Of a DNA stretch of 64,000 nucleotides, positions 36,329 to 46,732 are shown one piece after another. Location: contig OY760937.1 in NCBI GenBank assembly GCA_963664225.1, positions 4,864,001 through 4,928,000 of the forward strand. Direction: 5' to 3'. Source of the DNA: Verrucomicrobiia bacterium. Its GTDB lineage: Bacteria > Verrucomicrobiota > Verrucomicrobiia > Limisphaerales > UBA1319. A program made the position numbers and the translations under genes. The first letter of the stretch is position 1, and every line of letters begins with the position of its first letter. Below the pieces are notes generated by a model. That model worked only from the letters and a program-made list of their open reading frames with translations, was not told the origin of the DNA and made no database searches.

Positions 36329-36472
36329 GGGTTTGGATGACAATTATCAGGGGGTAATTGACAAAAAATGACTAAGACCGCTTCTTGATTTTTAGCGGAT
36401 TGCATTGATTTTAAGAGGTAGAGCAGGCGAACGAAATCGTTCGTAAGTGTTTATCAGCAAAAACAAAACTTT

Positions 36473-36799
36473 ATGAGTTCAGGAAAATTAGATCGTTCAG
36501 GTGTCTTCGATACGAGTGCGGCCCAGGCCAAAGAGTCTGAATTTATTCTGGGGCCGGGCATGGTGCGAATGCATAAAAACGGTATCGAGTTTAAAGTCCT
36601 TAAACCTCTTCCGCTCTGGAAGGAAATGACGGTGGGTATTCAGTCCCAGTCCGACCACAAGCCGACACGGTTTACGGGCGTTGTAGTGGCCTGTGATGGA
36701 AATCGGCATGCCGGATACATGGTTTCCATGGTGATTTTAAATATGACCCGGCAGGCTCAGGAACGTTTGAACACGCTTGCCAGCGGCGCGCGATTATAG
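36473..36799 (+). CDS. Hypothetical protein, possible PilZ-like barrel
   Basis: 108-aa ORF upstream of pilT; NGIEF...FTGVVVAC...YMVSMVI beta pattern. Confidence 0.55.
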   Translation: MSSGKLDRSGVFDTSAAQAKESEFILGPGMVRMHKNGIEFKVLKPLPLWKEMTVGIQSQSDHKPTRFTGVVVACDGNRHAGYMVSMVILNMTRQAQERLNTLASGARL

Positions 36800-36825
36800 T
36801 AAGACAGTGCCAGTAATTTACTGGC

Positions 36826-37914
36826 ATGGAAATTTTTAATCGAATTCTCAAATTGGCGGTCGATGGCGGGGCTTCTGATATCCATATCAAGGTCGGATCC
36901 CCCGTTATTCTTCGTATTAACCGGCAACTCATCACTGTCGAATCCCCCCTTCCGACGGAGGAATGGGTCAATCAGATTGTTAATGCCGTTGTTCCACCCC
37001 ATGCGTCCACGATTCTGACCAGGGAGCGGGAGGTGGATTTTTCCTATTTTCTTCCCGGGGTTGGACGCTTCCGCACCAACGTTTTCCAGCAACGCGGGCA
37101 GTTTGCGCTGGCCATGCGGTATGTGAAAACCAAGATTCCCACCTTCGAGGAACTTGGATTGCTACCCATCGTCAAACGCATTGCTGAAGCGCCACGTGGC
37201 ATCGTACTTGTGGCCGGCACCACCGGCTGCGGCAAATCGACGACGCTGGCGGCGATGATCGAGCACATCAATACCAATTTCAAGAAGCACATGATCACCC
37301 TCGAGGACCCGATTGAGTACGTCTTCGACGATAATCAATCGGTCATCGAGCAGCGGGAGGTCGGTCTGGACTCGCTTTCCTTCCATAACGGTTTGAAAAA
37401 CGTGCTGCGCCAGGATCCTGACATCATCATGATCGGTGAAATGCGGGACAGCATCAGCTTTTCGGCCGCAATTAGCGCCGCCGATACCGGCCACTTGGTT
37501 CTCTCCACGCTGCACACGACCAATGCCGGGCAATCGGTTACGCGCATTCTGGATTTCTTCCCGGCGGAAGAGCGTGAACAGATCCGGCGCCAATTGGCGG
37601 GCACACTCCAGGCCGTGATCTGCCAGCGCATGGTGGCCACGGTCAACGACAGCATGACTCCCGCCCTGGAAATCATGATCAACACGGGCACGATCAAAAA
37701 GTTGATTGAGGAAAACCGGCTCGACAAACTGGGCGCGGCCATTGAAACGGGCGTTGAAGATGGAATGCAGAATTTCAATCAGGCCCTGTTCCAACTCGTC
37801 AAAGAGCATAAAGTGTCCGAAAAGGAAGCCCTGGCCAAGGCGAGCAATCCTCAGGCCCTGGAAATGAATTTCAAAGGCATCTTCCTCGACGAAGGTCGGC
37901 GCATTCTCAGTTAG
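36826..37914 (+). CDS. pilT: Type IV pilus retraction ATPase (PilT/PilU family)
   Basis: ASDIHIK, GRFRTNVF, GTTGCGKSTT (Walker A), EDPIEY, LRQDPD, GEMRD, TGHLVLSTLHT. Confidence 0.9.
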   Translation: MEIFNRILKLAVDGGASDIHIKVGSPVILRINRQLITVESPLPTEEWVNQIVNAVVPPHASTILTREREVDFSYFLPGVGRFRTNVFQQRGQFALAMRYVKTKIPTFEELGLLPIVKRIAEAPRGIVLVAGTTGCGKSTTLAAMIEHINTNFKKHMITLEDPIEYVFDDNQSVIEQREVGLDSLSFHNGLKNVLRQDPDIIMIGEMRDSISFSAAISAADTGHLVLSTLHTTNAGQSVTRILDFFPAEEREQIRRQLAGTLQAVICQRMVATVNDSMTPALEIMINTGTIKKLIEENRLDKLGAAIETGVEDGMQNFNQALFQLVKEHKVSEKEALAKASNPQALEMNFKGIFLDEGRRILS

Positions 37915-37948
37915 CGCCGTCGGCCCAAGGGTTTTCGGTGATTTCAAT

Positions 37949-37984
37949 CGGCTCCTGTCCGTCTGGCGGGAGCCGTTTTTTTTT
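37949..37984 (+). terminator. Rho-independent terminator after pilT
   Basis: CGGCTCCTGTC-cgtct-GGCGGGAGCCG followed by a long T-run. Confidence 0.8.
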
Positions 37985-38132
37985 GTGCGCTGGGCAGGAG
38001 ATGGTTCCGCGCCAGTTCGGGCGTCCTTCCCTGCTTTCGGATTGGGTCAGTAACCCCGATTTCATTGCAGCGCAAGATTCTGCTTGCGTTCAGTCGTGCT
38101 GGCGTGACTTGATCGTTGCACATACCGCGCTT

Positions 38133-39497
38133 ATGAAATGCAGCAAAACAATCACCATTCGTTTCTTGCTCTTGCTCTTGTTAAATCACGGTTCTCTCCA
38201 GGGCGCCCCGGTTGCCGACGGCAGGGATTGGTCGCCTCCGGCGGATGAGAAACAGTTGCCAGGCAGGATGCGGTCCGCCATGCCGGATATGCCGCTGATC
38301 AAGGTCGGCCTGAGCAACGCCGATCTGCAGGGCACCGACCAGCGGGCGCTCCAGGCGGCGGTGGACTACGTGGCGGCACTGGGCGGGGGAACGGTGGAGA
38401 TTGGTCCCGGCGAATACCTGATGCGTGACTCCCTGCATTTGCGCTCGCATGTCACGGTGCGCGGCACACCGGGGAAAACCGTCCTCCGCAAGGCGGACGG
38501 CGTGGAGTCGCCACTGGCGATCGATGGCGATTTCGGCGAGGAACAGATCACGGTGGTGGACGCGAAGGGCTTCGATGTCGGATGTGGCGTGGCCGTCTGG
38601 ACCAGCAAGGTAGGCGGCTTTCATATCACCGTGGCACGGATCATTGGAAAGAACGGGAATATTCTTGCGCTGGATAAGCCGCTCAATGCGGATTGCATGA
38701 TCGGCGATAGCGCCAGGGCGGCGACGCTCTTTCCCGTGATCAGCGGGTATGATGTTGAAGGGGTGCGGCTTGAAAACCTTGCGATTGAAGGCAATCAGGA
38801 CCACAACCTTCTGATGGATGGCTGTCGCGGCGGCGGTATTTATCTGTATCGCGGTTCTGGAACGGTCATCGACCATTGCACGGTGCGTCATTACAACGGC
38901 GATGGCATCAGCTTCCAACAGTCGAACGATGTGGTGGTGGAGGGTTGCGTGAGCGAGGGCAATTCGGCGCTGGGGCTGCATCCGGGAAGCGGTTCGCAGC
39001 GGCCAACCGTTCGCCAATGCGTCGCCCGGAAGAACGGAAGCGACGGCCTTTTCCTGTGCTGGCGCGTGCGGCACGGACTGTTCGAGGATAACGTGCTTGA
39101 AGGCAATGAACGGAACGGCATCTCCATTGGGCATAAAGACACGGACAATCTGTTGCGCCGGAACACGGTTCGCGAAAACGTCCAGGAAGGTGTGTATTTC
39201 CGCGATGAAACGTTGGGCATGGCCGGTCACAGAAACCGGCTCGAGGAGAATCTGATCGAGAATAATGGCCGGAAGGAGGGCGTGGCTGGAATTCGGATTC
39301 GCGGGGAAACGCGGGATGTCGTACTTAAGAATAACCGCATTCAGGATACACGATCTGGCGCGGACAAAATGCAGACCATCGGAATCCAGCTCGACGAGAA
39401 AACAGGTCCCGTGGTTCTCGAAGACAACACCATCGACGCGAAGACCCCGGTGCTGGACCAGCGTCCCGAATCAACCCGCAAACCATCAAATCCATGA
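38133..39497 (+). CDS. Secreted right-handed parallel beta-helix protein (pectate-lyase-like fold)
   Basis: ALQAAVD...GGGTVEIGPGEY N-terminal motif and repeated N..GDGI/GN..NGI parallel beta-helix repeats. Confidence 0.8.
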   Translation: MKCSKTITIRFLLLLLLNHGSLQGAPVADGRDWSPPADEKQLPGRMRSAMPDMPLIKVGLSNADLQGTDQRALQAAVDYVAALGGGTVEIGPGEYLMRDSLHLRSHVTVRGTPGKTVLRKADGVESPLAIDGDFGEEQITVVDAKGFDVGCGVAVWTSKVGGFHITVARIIGKNGNILALDKPLNADCMIGDSARAATLFPVISGYDVEGVRLENLAIEGNQDHNLLMDGCRGGGIYLYRGSGTVIDHCTVRHYNGDGISFQQSNDVVVEGCVSEGNSALGLHPGSGSQRPTVRQCVARKNGSDGLFLCWRVRHGLFEDNVLEGNERNGISIGHKDTDNLLRRNTVRENVQEGVYFRDETLGMAGHRNRLEENLIENNGRKEGVAGIRIRGETRDVVLKNNRIQDTRSGADKMQTIGIQLDEKTGPVVLEDNTIDAKTPVLDQRPESTRKPSNP

Positions 39498-40972
39498 AAA
39501 TCAAAAACAACCTGATCCTGCTCCTTGGCATTGGAGTCGGTTTGATGCTTCATCCTGACGCCCAGGCCCGGAACGCTGCGCAAGTGGACCGCAATGCCAC
39601 CCCTTCTGTGGCGCGCCCCGGGGATATCAAGGAGGACCAAACGCCGGACGGTCCCTGGCTTGAGAAGCGGCTCTCGTGGTTCCAGGATCTCAAGTTCGGT
39701 TTCATGATGCACTGGGCGCCCTATAGCCTCTGGGGTTGCGTGGAGTCCTGGCCGCTGGTGCCGGAGGACAAGTTCGGTCGCCCGGACGACTTGAAGGCAT
39801 GGACCGAACGGGGCAGGGACATGCAGCGGTTCACGCGCGACTACTGGGCGCTGCCGAAGGCCTTTAATCCAACGAAGTTCGATCCTCGGAAATGGGCGGC
39901 GACCGCGAAGGGGGCAGGCATGAAATACGTCGTGTTCACCACGAAACATCACGACGGCTTTTGCATGTTCGACACCAAGCTCAGCGACTATCGGATCACC
40001 GCGCCGGATGTGCCGTTCCATTCCAATGTCCGCTCCAATGTCGTCAAGGAGGTGTTTAGCGCCTTTCGAAAGAAAGACTTTGCCATTGGAGCCTACTTCT
40101 CCAAGGCCGATTGGCACTCTGCCGATTATTGGGATCCCGCGCTTCCGGTGCAAACACGCAATCCCAATTACGACACCGCCGCGCAACCGGTGAAATGGAA
40201 GCGGTTCATGGAATACACTCACGGGCAGATCGAGGAGCTGATGACCGGTTACGGCCCGATTGATATTCTGTGGCTGGACGCGGGCCAGGTGCGTCCACCG
40301 CAGCAGGATATCCAAATGCCTCGCCTGGCCGCGATGGCGCGGAGTCATCAGCCGGGGCTGATCGTCGTGGACCGCACGGTAACAGGACCCTACGAGAATT
40401 ACCGCACGCCCGAGCAGGAGGTGCCGGACAAGCCGCTGCCTTACACTTGGGAAACCTGCATGACCATGGGGGATCAATGGTCCTTCAAACCGAACGACAA
40501 TTACAAGTCCACCCATCGGCTCATCCATTTGCTGGTGGATATCGTGGGCAAGGGCGGCAATTTCCTGCTCAATGTAGGCCCCCAACCGGACGGCCAGCTT
40601 CCTGCCGCCGCCGTTCAACGGATGAACGAGATGGGGGACTGGATGCGCGTGAACGGGGAGGCAATCTATGGCACGCGGCCCATTGCGCCCTACAAGGAAG
40701 GCAACGTGGTGTTCACACGCAAAGGTCGGAATGCCTATGCCATTTACCTGACGGCGAAGGAAGGAGAAGGCATGCCCGCGATCATCGCGTTTTCAGGTCT
40801 GCGCCCGGTCCCGGGATCGAAGGTTCAATTACTCGGCGTCAGGAAGCCGCTATTGTGGCAAACCGATGCCACCGGCCTGACCACGGTTGCGGTGCCTGCG
40901 ACGATCATTAAGACCCCGCCGTGCCAGCATGCGTTCGTGCTGAAGTTCGAACTTTCGGGGGAGGAGGAGTAG
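39494..40972 (+). CDS. Alpha-L-fucosidase, GH29
   Basis: WFQDLKFGFMMHW, TTKHHDGF, ILWLDAG, WETCMT, GNFLLNVGP, GEAIYGTRP. Confidence 0.93.
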   Translation: MKIKNNLILLLGIGVGLMLHPDAQARNAAQVDRNATPSVARPGDIKEDQTPDGPWLEKRLSWFQDLKFGFMMHWAPYSLWGCVESWPLVPEDKFGRPDDLKAWTERGRDMQRFTRDYWALPKAFNPTKFDPRKWAATAKGAGMKYVVFTTKHHDGFCMFDTKLSDYRITAPDVPFHSNVRSNVVKEVFSAFRKKDFAIGAYFSKADWHSADYWDPALPVQTRNPNYDTAAQPVKWKRFMEYTHGQIEELMTGYGPIDILWLDAGQVRPPQQDIQMPRLAAMARSHQPGLIVVDRTVTGPYENYRTPEQEVPDKPLPYTWETCMTMGDQWSFKPNDNYKSTHRLIHLLVDIVGKGGNFLLNVGPQPDGQLPAAAVQRMNEMGDWMRVNGEAIYGTRPIAPYKEGNVVFTRKGRNAYAIYLTAKEGEGMPAIIAFSGLRPVPGSKVQLLGVRKPLLWQTDATGLTTVAVPATIIKTPPCQHAFVLKFELSGEEE

Positions 40973-41386
40973 GTGCAGGCGTATGTGCCCGTCTTAACAA
41001 AAACCGAGAATTGGTGCTTGCGACTGGGCAACGTGTTAGTCCAGTTAAAGGGAGGATTGCGACGCGCTGCACTGAGTTAGACTCTGTAATGCCATCGCAA
41101 AAGTTGTAACAAAGTTTGATGGATGGATGCGATATAGTCGCAAGTCATTGATAGTCAGGTGGCCGACGCGCGGGGTTCGCAACCATTGGCCTAAAAGGGT
41201 TCCAGAGCCAGATTGGTGGCTGATCGGATCGCTTCGGCGCGCAATGGCGCACCGGAAGTGGATCGGAATTATTAATGCCGAAATAGGATTGAATCAGCAC
41301 CCGCAAATGGATTGTCGAATCACCACAGAAATAAACCGAAGGATAAAAAACCGGAGCGCCAACGTTTTATCCTGTTGAACCATGTC

Positions 41387-42652
41387 CTAATGGTTGGACC
41401 CTACACGATGCAGGGTATTATTGGTTTGCGGCAGCGTGAGGGGGATATCAATGGATGGTGGCTTGTTCCAGAGCGCAACATTGTCGAAGTAGAGCGAGGC
41501 AATTCCACCGTTTTCCAGGTTGACTTCGGCTTCGAGTTTGAAGACGAGGTCGGTTTGGTCGGAGTTTTCTTTGTGCCAGAATAGCATGACTCGTGGGATA
41601 TTATTTGCTACGGGTTTTATAACTTGGGGTTCGAAGTCGAGCATGAGCAGGTTTGTTGGGTAATCGAGCTTTACGACCGCAGCCTTGACGGCCTTGATTG
41701 CGTCTGCTTCTGAGAGTTTTGGCACCCCGGCGAACTCCCTAACGGTGATCGGGCGGGCATCACTATTGAAGAAGTTCACTGGGGCGTAGTAGCCGCAGAT
41801 TCCGGAGTTTCGATAGACAAATCGCCAGCCATTTGTGAGTTCGATTTCCGCGTGAGGCCATCCGCCGTTGTCGGCCAGGGACAGTTTGGCGACGTAGTTC
41901 GTTGTTAACGGCGACGGGACGTTCAATCCAAGTTTCTTCGAGTACGCGTCGATTGCTTTGAGCGCAATTGGAGCCAATTGCAGGGCATATGCCGGGTTGG
42001 TTGGTGGCCAGTTGGCGGTGCCTGGGGCACTCGGTGCTGTTATACCGTTAATTTTGGGGTCGGGTCTGAAAAGGACTAGATTTTGGATGGAAACCCTTGT
42101 TACGCGTTTGTTCTCCCCATCGATGTTGACGGCGGTTTTCGGGAAACCTGATCGCGGGTCCACCCATTCGATTTTATATTGAGGGATGGTGTTGGTTCCG
42201 ACCTGCTCCGGTCCTGTGACCCTGGCTTCCTGATCGGCGAAGACCATTTCCGGGTCAATGCCGAGCTTTCGGATTGTTTCCCGAGCCTTGTTGACGGCTT
42301 CGGTTCTGCTCATGTTGAGCTTTCCAAAGTAGCTGGCGATCTTATCAGGCTCCTGTTCGGTGAAATAGTCGTGCGGACCTTGCACGATGTTCACGTAGCC
42401 TTTGGAGAATGCGAAGAACCAGTTTCCATTTGTGCCAACGGTTCCGATTTCCACGGCCACGGCCCGTTTAGGCAGGATGTTGCAATGTGTCACATGCTCA
42501 ATCGCAAGCGGAAGAGGCACAGGGAGTTCAAGTCGCCGTGCCACGTCACCCACGTAAGGCATGACAGCTACCAACACCGCATTTGAATAATCTGCGGTGA
42601 CCCGGATGAACTCCGCCGACGCTGAAAGGGTCTGTCCCAATTCCAGAATCAT
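41387..42652 (-). CDS. Hypothetical protein with internal duplication, translationally coupled to upstream gene
   Basis: ATG overlaps upstream TAA (TAATG); two similar halves: RLELPVPLPL...GNWFF...MSRTEAVNKA vs KLGLNVPSPL...NGWRF...LSEADAIKAV. Confidence 0.75.
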   Translation of the reverse strand: MILELGQTLSASAEFIRVTADYSNAVLVAVMPYVGDVARRLELPVPLPLAIEHVTHCNILPKRAVAVEIGTVGTNGNWFFAFSKGYVNIVQGPHDYFTEQEPDKIASYFGKLNMSRTEAVNKARETIRKLGIDPEMVFADQEARVTGPEQVGTNTIPQYKIEWVDPRSGFPKTAVNIDGENKRVTRVSIQNLVLFRPDPKINGITAPSAPGTANWPPTNPAYALQLAPIALKAIDAYSKKLGLNVPSPLTTNYVAKLSLADNGGWPHAEIELTNGWRFVYRNSGICGYYAPVNFFNSDARPITVREFAGVPKLSEADAIKAVKAAVVKLDYPTNLLMLDFEPQVIKPVANNIPRVMLFWHKENSDQTDLVFKLEAEVNLENGGIASLYFDNVALWNKPPSIDIPLTLPQTNNTLHRVGSNH

Positions 42653-44704
42653 TATGGCCAATCTGTTCGCTGATTAAACTGGTTCATCCGAAGCTCGCTG
42701 AAGCCATAGACCCGCAAGGCTCCCCAATATTTGCCGGAGTCTATCCAGTTGGAACTCTGTCGCCCGTCTTCAAGGGCGTCCACAAGCGTCTTGGTATTCC
42801 AGTTATAAGACCACTGGGTCATCCATTCACTCCTACAGTTGAAGAATGCTTGAAGGGTCCCCCAGCCGGGACCGCCGACCGTCTGATTCCAGCCAACAAA
42901 AGCGCTCGGCCTGTTGCGGCTCGGATTGGTGGTGATGCTTTGGTACCACGGCAATGAATTTGTTGTCTTGTTGACACCAAAGGCGTTTGGCCAATCCCCG
43001 TTTGCCGTCGAGCAGCCGTCCAGCCATACGAAGCGGTAGGGACGAGCGCCGCCATATTTGTTGAAAGTGATTTGGTCCCGCACGATTTGGGACGAGAGGA
43101 ACGCTTTTGACCCACGTAAGGTGGTGCCGCCAGTCACAACATTGTTGCTGTAGGTGTGAAGGTCGCCACCGATACCATTAGCCCAGCCGTGGCCGTAATA
43201 GTAGAGGTTGCGGGCGTCTGACGCGAACATGTTCGCTTTCAACGTGCCCCAACTGTCGTTACGTTGGGCTTGAGTGTAATCATTGGTGCCGTACTTGAGC
43301 GGTATTACCGAAGTTGGGACTTCGCGGTAAGCCGGTCCTCCTGCGATTCCACTGATGCCTGCGGACATGATGTCGCGCCGCGTGCCCGGCTCATAAAAAG
43401 TGTCGAGATAGGTGACGATCCAGCGGCCGACATTTGGATAAGCAGGCGCGACAATCGGTGTGGGACGGCTTGTTTGAGCGGCGGCAATGAATTGACCCGG
43501 CGCCGTGTCCAGTTCGAAAGTGATATAGGAATCGTAATATGGATCACCCTCCAAGCTGTCACGCGGATTGCCCAACTGGTCAAGCAGATCCCAAGTCCAC
43601 GAGACGTTACCATCTGCGGAATATCCTTCACCTCCCGCGATGTAGTCGCCCCAAGCATCTCCGATGTCAATCCACCAGTAGCCAGGACCTTTCAGTTTGG
43701 CCTTAAAGGTATAGCTTGTGTCATTCACGAGGTCCTTCCATTCAGGGAACGAAACAAGGTTGGTGACGTGAATGGTTTTGACGAGATTCGACAGGACAAG
43801 CGGCGGCGGAGATCCTTCACTGGTGTCTTCCGTGGTTCGGATGTTGGTGACAATTTGAATAGTGTGCAAACCGTTGGATAAGCGATCGGCCCATAGCCCA
43901 ACGCCCCAAATGAGGTTTGCGCCCTGCTGATAGCTCGTGTATTCACCAACGGTACTCGGCTGACCATCCAACAGAACTTCCACATTGTCGACCATGTCGA
44001 GGCTGACGTAATCGGCGATATCGACAGGAATGAATGTCGGGCCGTCAAAGGTGTAAGTTTCGACATCAGCCGAAAAGTTAGGAACATGATAAACGCGGAA
44101 GAAGCCCATATCGGGACAATCGCAGCCCCCGCTTGTCAATCCAAGAGGTTCATTGCCTTCCACGTTGAGTGACGCACGCCCCGAGAATGCCACGACCGGT
44201 TCCAAAAGTTCTGCCGGTGGTTCAAAAAAGAGGAGGCCGTTGGTATCAAATCCGGGAGGGTAAATTACGAATGGAACCGCTGCACCTGAGCCGTCGGCTG
44301 GTATTGCCCAAAGCCCGAGTAGTTGGTTGCTGGCTTCCGTCTCGGCGTTCATCAGCGAGTCACCTTCGATAATTGGGGGTAATTCTCCGCCGCCGCCACC
44401 TCCTCCGCTCCAGCCTCCACCAGAAGGCCATCCCAATGCCGTAAGAGTACAACAGGGTATTGTGTATGTTGAACGACTCGTGCTGTTGGCTGGGTATGCG
44501 TTTGTGAGCACTACCCACGGCGTGCTTGGGTCAAGCGTTGGGCGTCTGGATCATGTATTGTTCGTATCCATTGTTGCTCGGCCACGTTAACACGAGATTT
44601 GATCCTTGAACTTGAAGTGTTTGACCAACAACCCCGAACGAGCTAAATGTAGACGTTAACAAAATCACCAATGCTGCGATTGCTCCTTTTGTAGTGGATT
44701 TCAT
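42652..44704 (-). pseudogene. Large secreted protein with C-terminal clan-CD (caspase/gingipain-like) His-Gly/Cys motifs; frameshift near 44545
   Basis: Signal-peptide ORF 44704-44531 (MKSTTKGAIAALVILL...YMIQ) continues in another frame as RPTLDPSTPWVVLTNAY into the 619-aa ORF; YYYGHG and WLDGCST motifs. Confidence 0.65.
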
Positions 44705-45218
44705 ATTTTCGGCTCAGATTTTATTTGTCCTCAAAGATTTGCTGATATTTCATATGGCGTGCCCGATTATTCACTACGATATAGATGAACTTAGTGCGGT
44801 GTGAAAGTCAATATCAAAAAATCACCATTATAGCGTTGGGTAGAGGAGCCGTTTCGGTGAGGTCCCCGCCGAGTCGCCCTTCAGTAAACCAGAAATAATG
44901 AAATGGCTCGGCGGGTGGCCGACGCGCGGGATTGGCGCAGGAATTAATGAAACTGTTAATCACTGATAAAACAACGGGATGGAGTTGAAGGATCACGCGA
45001 AGGGAAAGGGATATGAACATGGATTGTCAGGATGGTGAAAAGGAAATGTGTGTGTGAAGAAAACATTCGTCGGATGAATAAAGCGCGTTACCCTTCCAAA
45101 AAACCGAGAATTGGTGCTTGCGACGGCGCAACATCCTGGTGTATTTAAGAGCAGGATTGCGATGCGTTGCGCGGGATTAAACCCGACCAGCTTGTTGCAA
45201 ACCGTTGATAATCAGGTG

Positions 45219-45305
45219 GCCGATGTGGCGGAATTGGCAGACGCGCTAGACTCAAAATCTAGTATCCGGAAGGATGTGTGGGTTCGACCCCCTCCGTCGG
45301 CACCA
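45219..45305 (+). tRNA. tRNA-Leu(CAA)
   Basis: Acceptor GCCGATG/CGTCGGC, D-loop TGGCGGAATTGGCAGACGCG, anticodon arm CTAGA-CTCAAAA-TCTAG, long variable arm, GGTTCGA T-loop, encoded CCA. Confidence 0.97.
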
Positions 45306-45394
45306 TCTCTGATTCAGGCGTTTTCCTTCTTTCAAACTCCATTCCAATTTGAATGGAATTTTTCCATCAGCATATCAACCAATGGCCCTTTGGG

Positions 45395-46597
45395 TCAGAG
45401 CTTTACCGCGTTGGCGACGGTGGTGACGTCTTTGTCCCCGCGCCCGGAGAGGTTGATTATGATAATCTGGTCCTTGCTCATTTTCGGCGCGCGTTCGATG
45501 ACCGCCGCGATGGCATGGGAGGATTCGAGCGCCGGGATGATGCCTTCCCAGCGCGCGGTGTTCATGAAGGCGTCCAGCGCCTGCGTATCGGTGGCGTAGG
45601 AATATTCCACGCGTCCCAAATCCCGCAGCCAGGCGTGTTCGGGCCCGACCGCCGCGTAATCCAGTCCAGCGGAAACGCTGTGGGTGAGCTGGACCTGGCC
45701 GTTTTCGTCCTGGAGCACGAACGAGCGCGTGCCCTGCAAGACTCCGAGGCTGCCGCCTTGAAAGCGCGCGGCGTGTTTGTTCGCCTTGATGCCTTCGCCG
45801 CCGGCCTCGACGCCCAGCATGCGGACGCTTTGGTCGTTCAAGAAGGGATAGAAGAGGCCAATGGCATTGGAGCCGCCGCCCACACAAGCGACCAGGAGGT
45901 CCGGCAGGCGTTTTTCCTTTTCCAGAATCTGTCGGCGCGCCTCGTCGCCGATGACGCGTTGGAAATTGCGAACCATCAGGGGATAGGGGTGCGCTCCATA
46001 GGCAGTGCCCAGGATGTAATGGGTGGTGCGGACGTTCGTGACCCAATCCCGCATGGCTTCATTGATCGCCTCTTTGAGCGTTTGCTGGCCGGCATTGACG
46101 GAAACCACCTCGGCGCCGAGCATTTTCATGCGATAGACGTTCAAGGCCTGGCGTTCGCAGTCCACGGCGCCCATATAAACGACGCACTTGAGGCCGAACA
46201 TGGCGCTGACCGTGGCGGTGGCGACTCCGTGTTGACCGGCGCCGGTTTCGGCAATCACGCGGGTTTTACCCATGCGCCGCGCGAGCAGGACCTGGCCGAT
46301 GGCGTTATTGATCTTATGCGCGCCGGTGTGGAGCAAATCCTCGCGCTTCAAGTAAATCTTGGGACCGCCGAGATGCTTTGTGAGGCGTTCGGCAAAGTAG
46401 AGCGGCGTGGGGCGTCCGCAGAACTCGCGCAGGTAATAATCGAGTTCCTTCTGAAACTCCGGGTCCTTCTGCGCCTTGAAATAATTTTCCTCGAGCTCCT
46501 GCAACGGGTGCATGAGCGTTTCGGGCACGAAACGACCGCCATAGGGACCGAAATGTCCCAGGGCGTCTGGAGTCTCCGCATTGGCTGGCATGATCAT
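45395..46597 (-). CDS. trpB: Tryptophan synthase beta chain
   Basis: [26 protein letters not shown] (PLP Lys), [25 protein letters not shown]. Confidence 0.97.
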   Translation of the reverse strand: MIMPANAETPDALGHFGPYGGRFVPETLMHPLQELEENYFKAQKDPEFQKELDYYLREFCGRPTPLYFAERLTKHLGGPKIYLKREDLLHTGAHKINNAIGQVLLARRMGKTRVIAETGAGQHGVATATVSAMFGLKCVVYMGAVDCERQALNVYRMKMLGAEVVSVNAGQQTLKEAINEAMRDWVTNVRTTHYILGTAYGAHPYPLMVRNFQRVIGDEARRQILEKEKRLPDLLVACVGGGSNAIGLFYPFLNDQSVRMLGVEAGGEGIKANKHAARFQGGSLGVLQGTRSFVLQDENGQVQLTHSVSAGLDYAAVGPEHAWLRDLGRVEYSYATDTQALDAFMNTARWEGIIPALESSHAIAAVIERAPKMSKDQIIIINLSGRGDKDVTTVANAVKL

Positions 46598-46732
46598 AAT
46601 GGCACTCGCATTACACATAATTAAGCACCGCTTTCAAAGTGGCGGCAACCCGGATGCATGGCAAGGTGAAATCATGCCGGATTTACTTTTGGGCGAATGG
46701 GTGCTAATAGTGCGCGCGTGATCAATGAGACC

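Larger units (their letters stand above)
40999..45223. mobile_element. Direct-repeat-bounded genomic islet upstream of tRNA-Leu (no integrase seen)
   Basis: 26-nt identical AAAAACCGAGAATTGGTGCTTGCGAC at 40999 and 45099 with continued similarity; TTGATA.TCAGGTGGCCGA at ~41148 and ~45206; AT-richer cargo. Confidence 0.65.

Noticed and set aside
41155..41182. Second tRNA gene on the minus strand
   Set aside because: Reverse complement resembles a T-arm/acceptor fragment only; no D-arm or anticodon arm can be folded
40999..45223. Prophage or ICE
   Set aside because: No integrase, structural, replication or conjugation genes; only two cargo genes
45395..46700. Attenuator or T-box control and special status for stand-alone trpB
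   Set aside because: No Trp-rich leader peptide or T-box visible in the short divergent intergenic region; dispersed trp genes are not unusual
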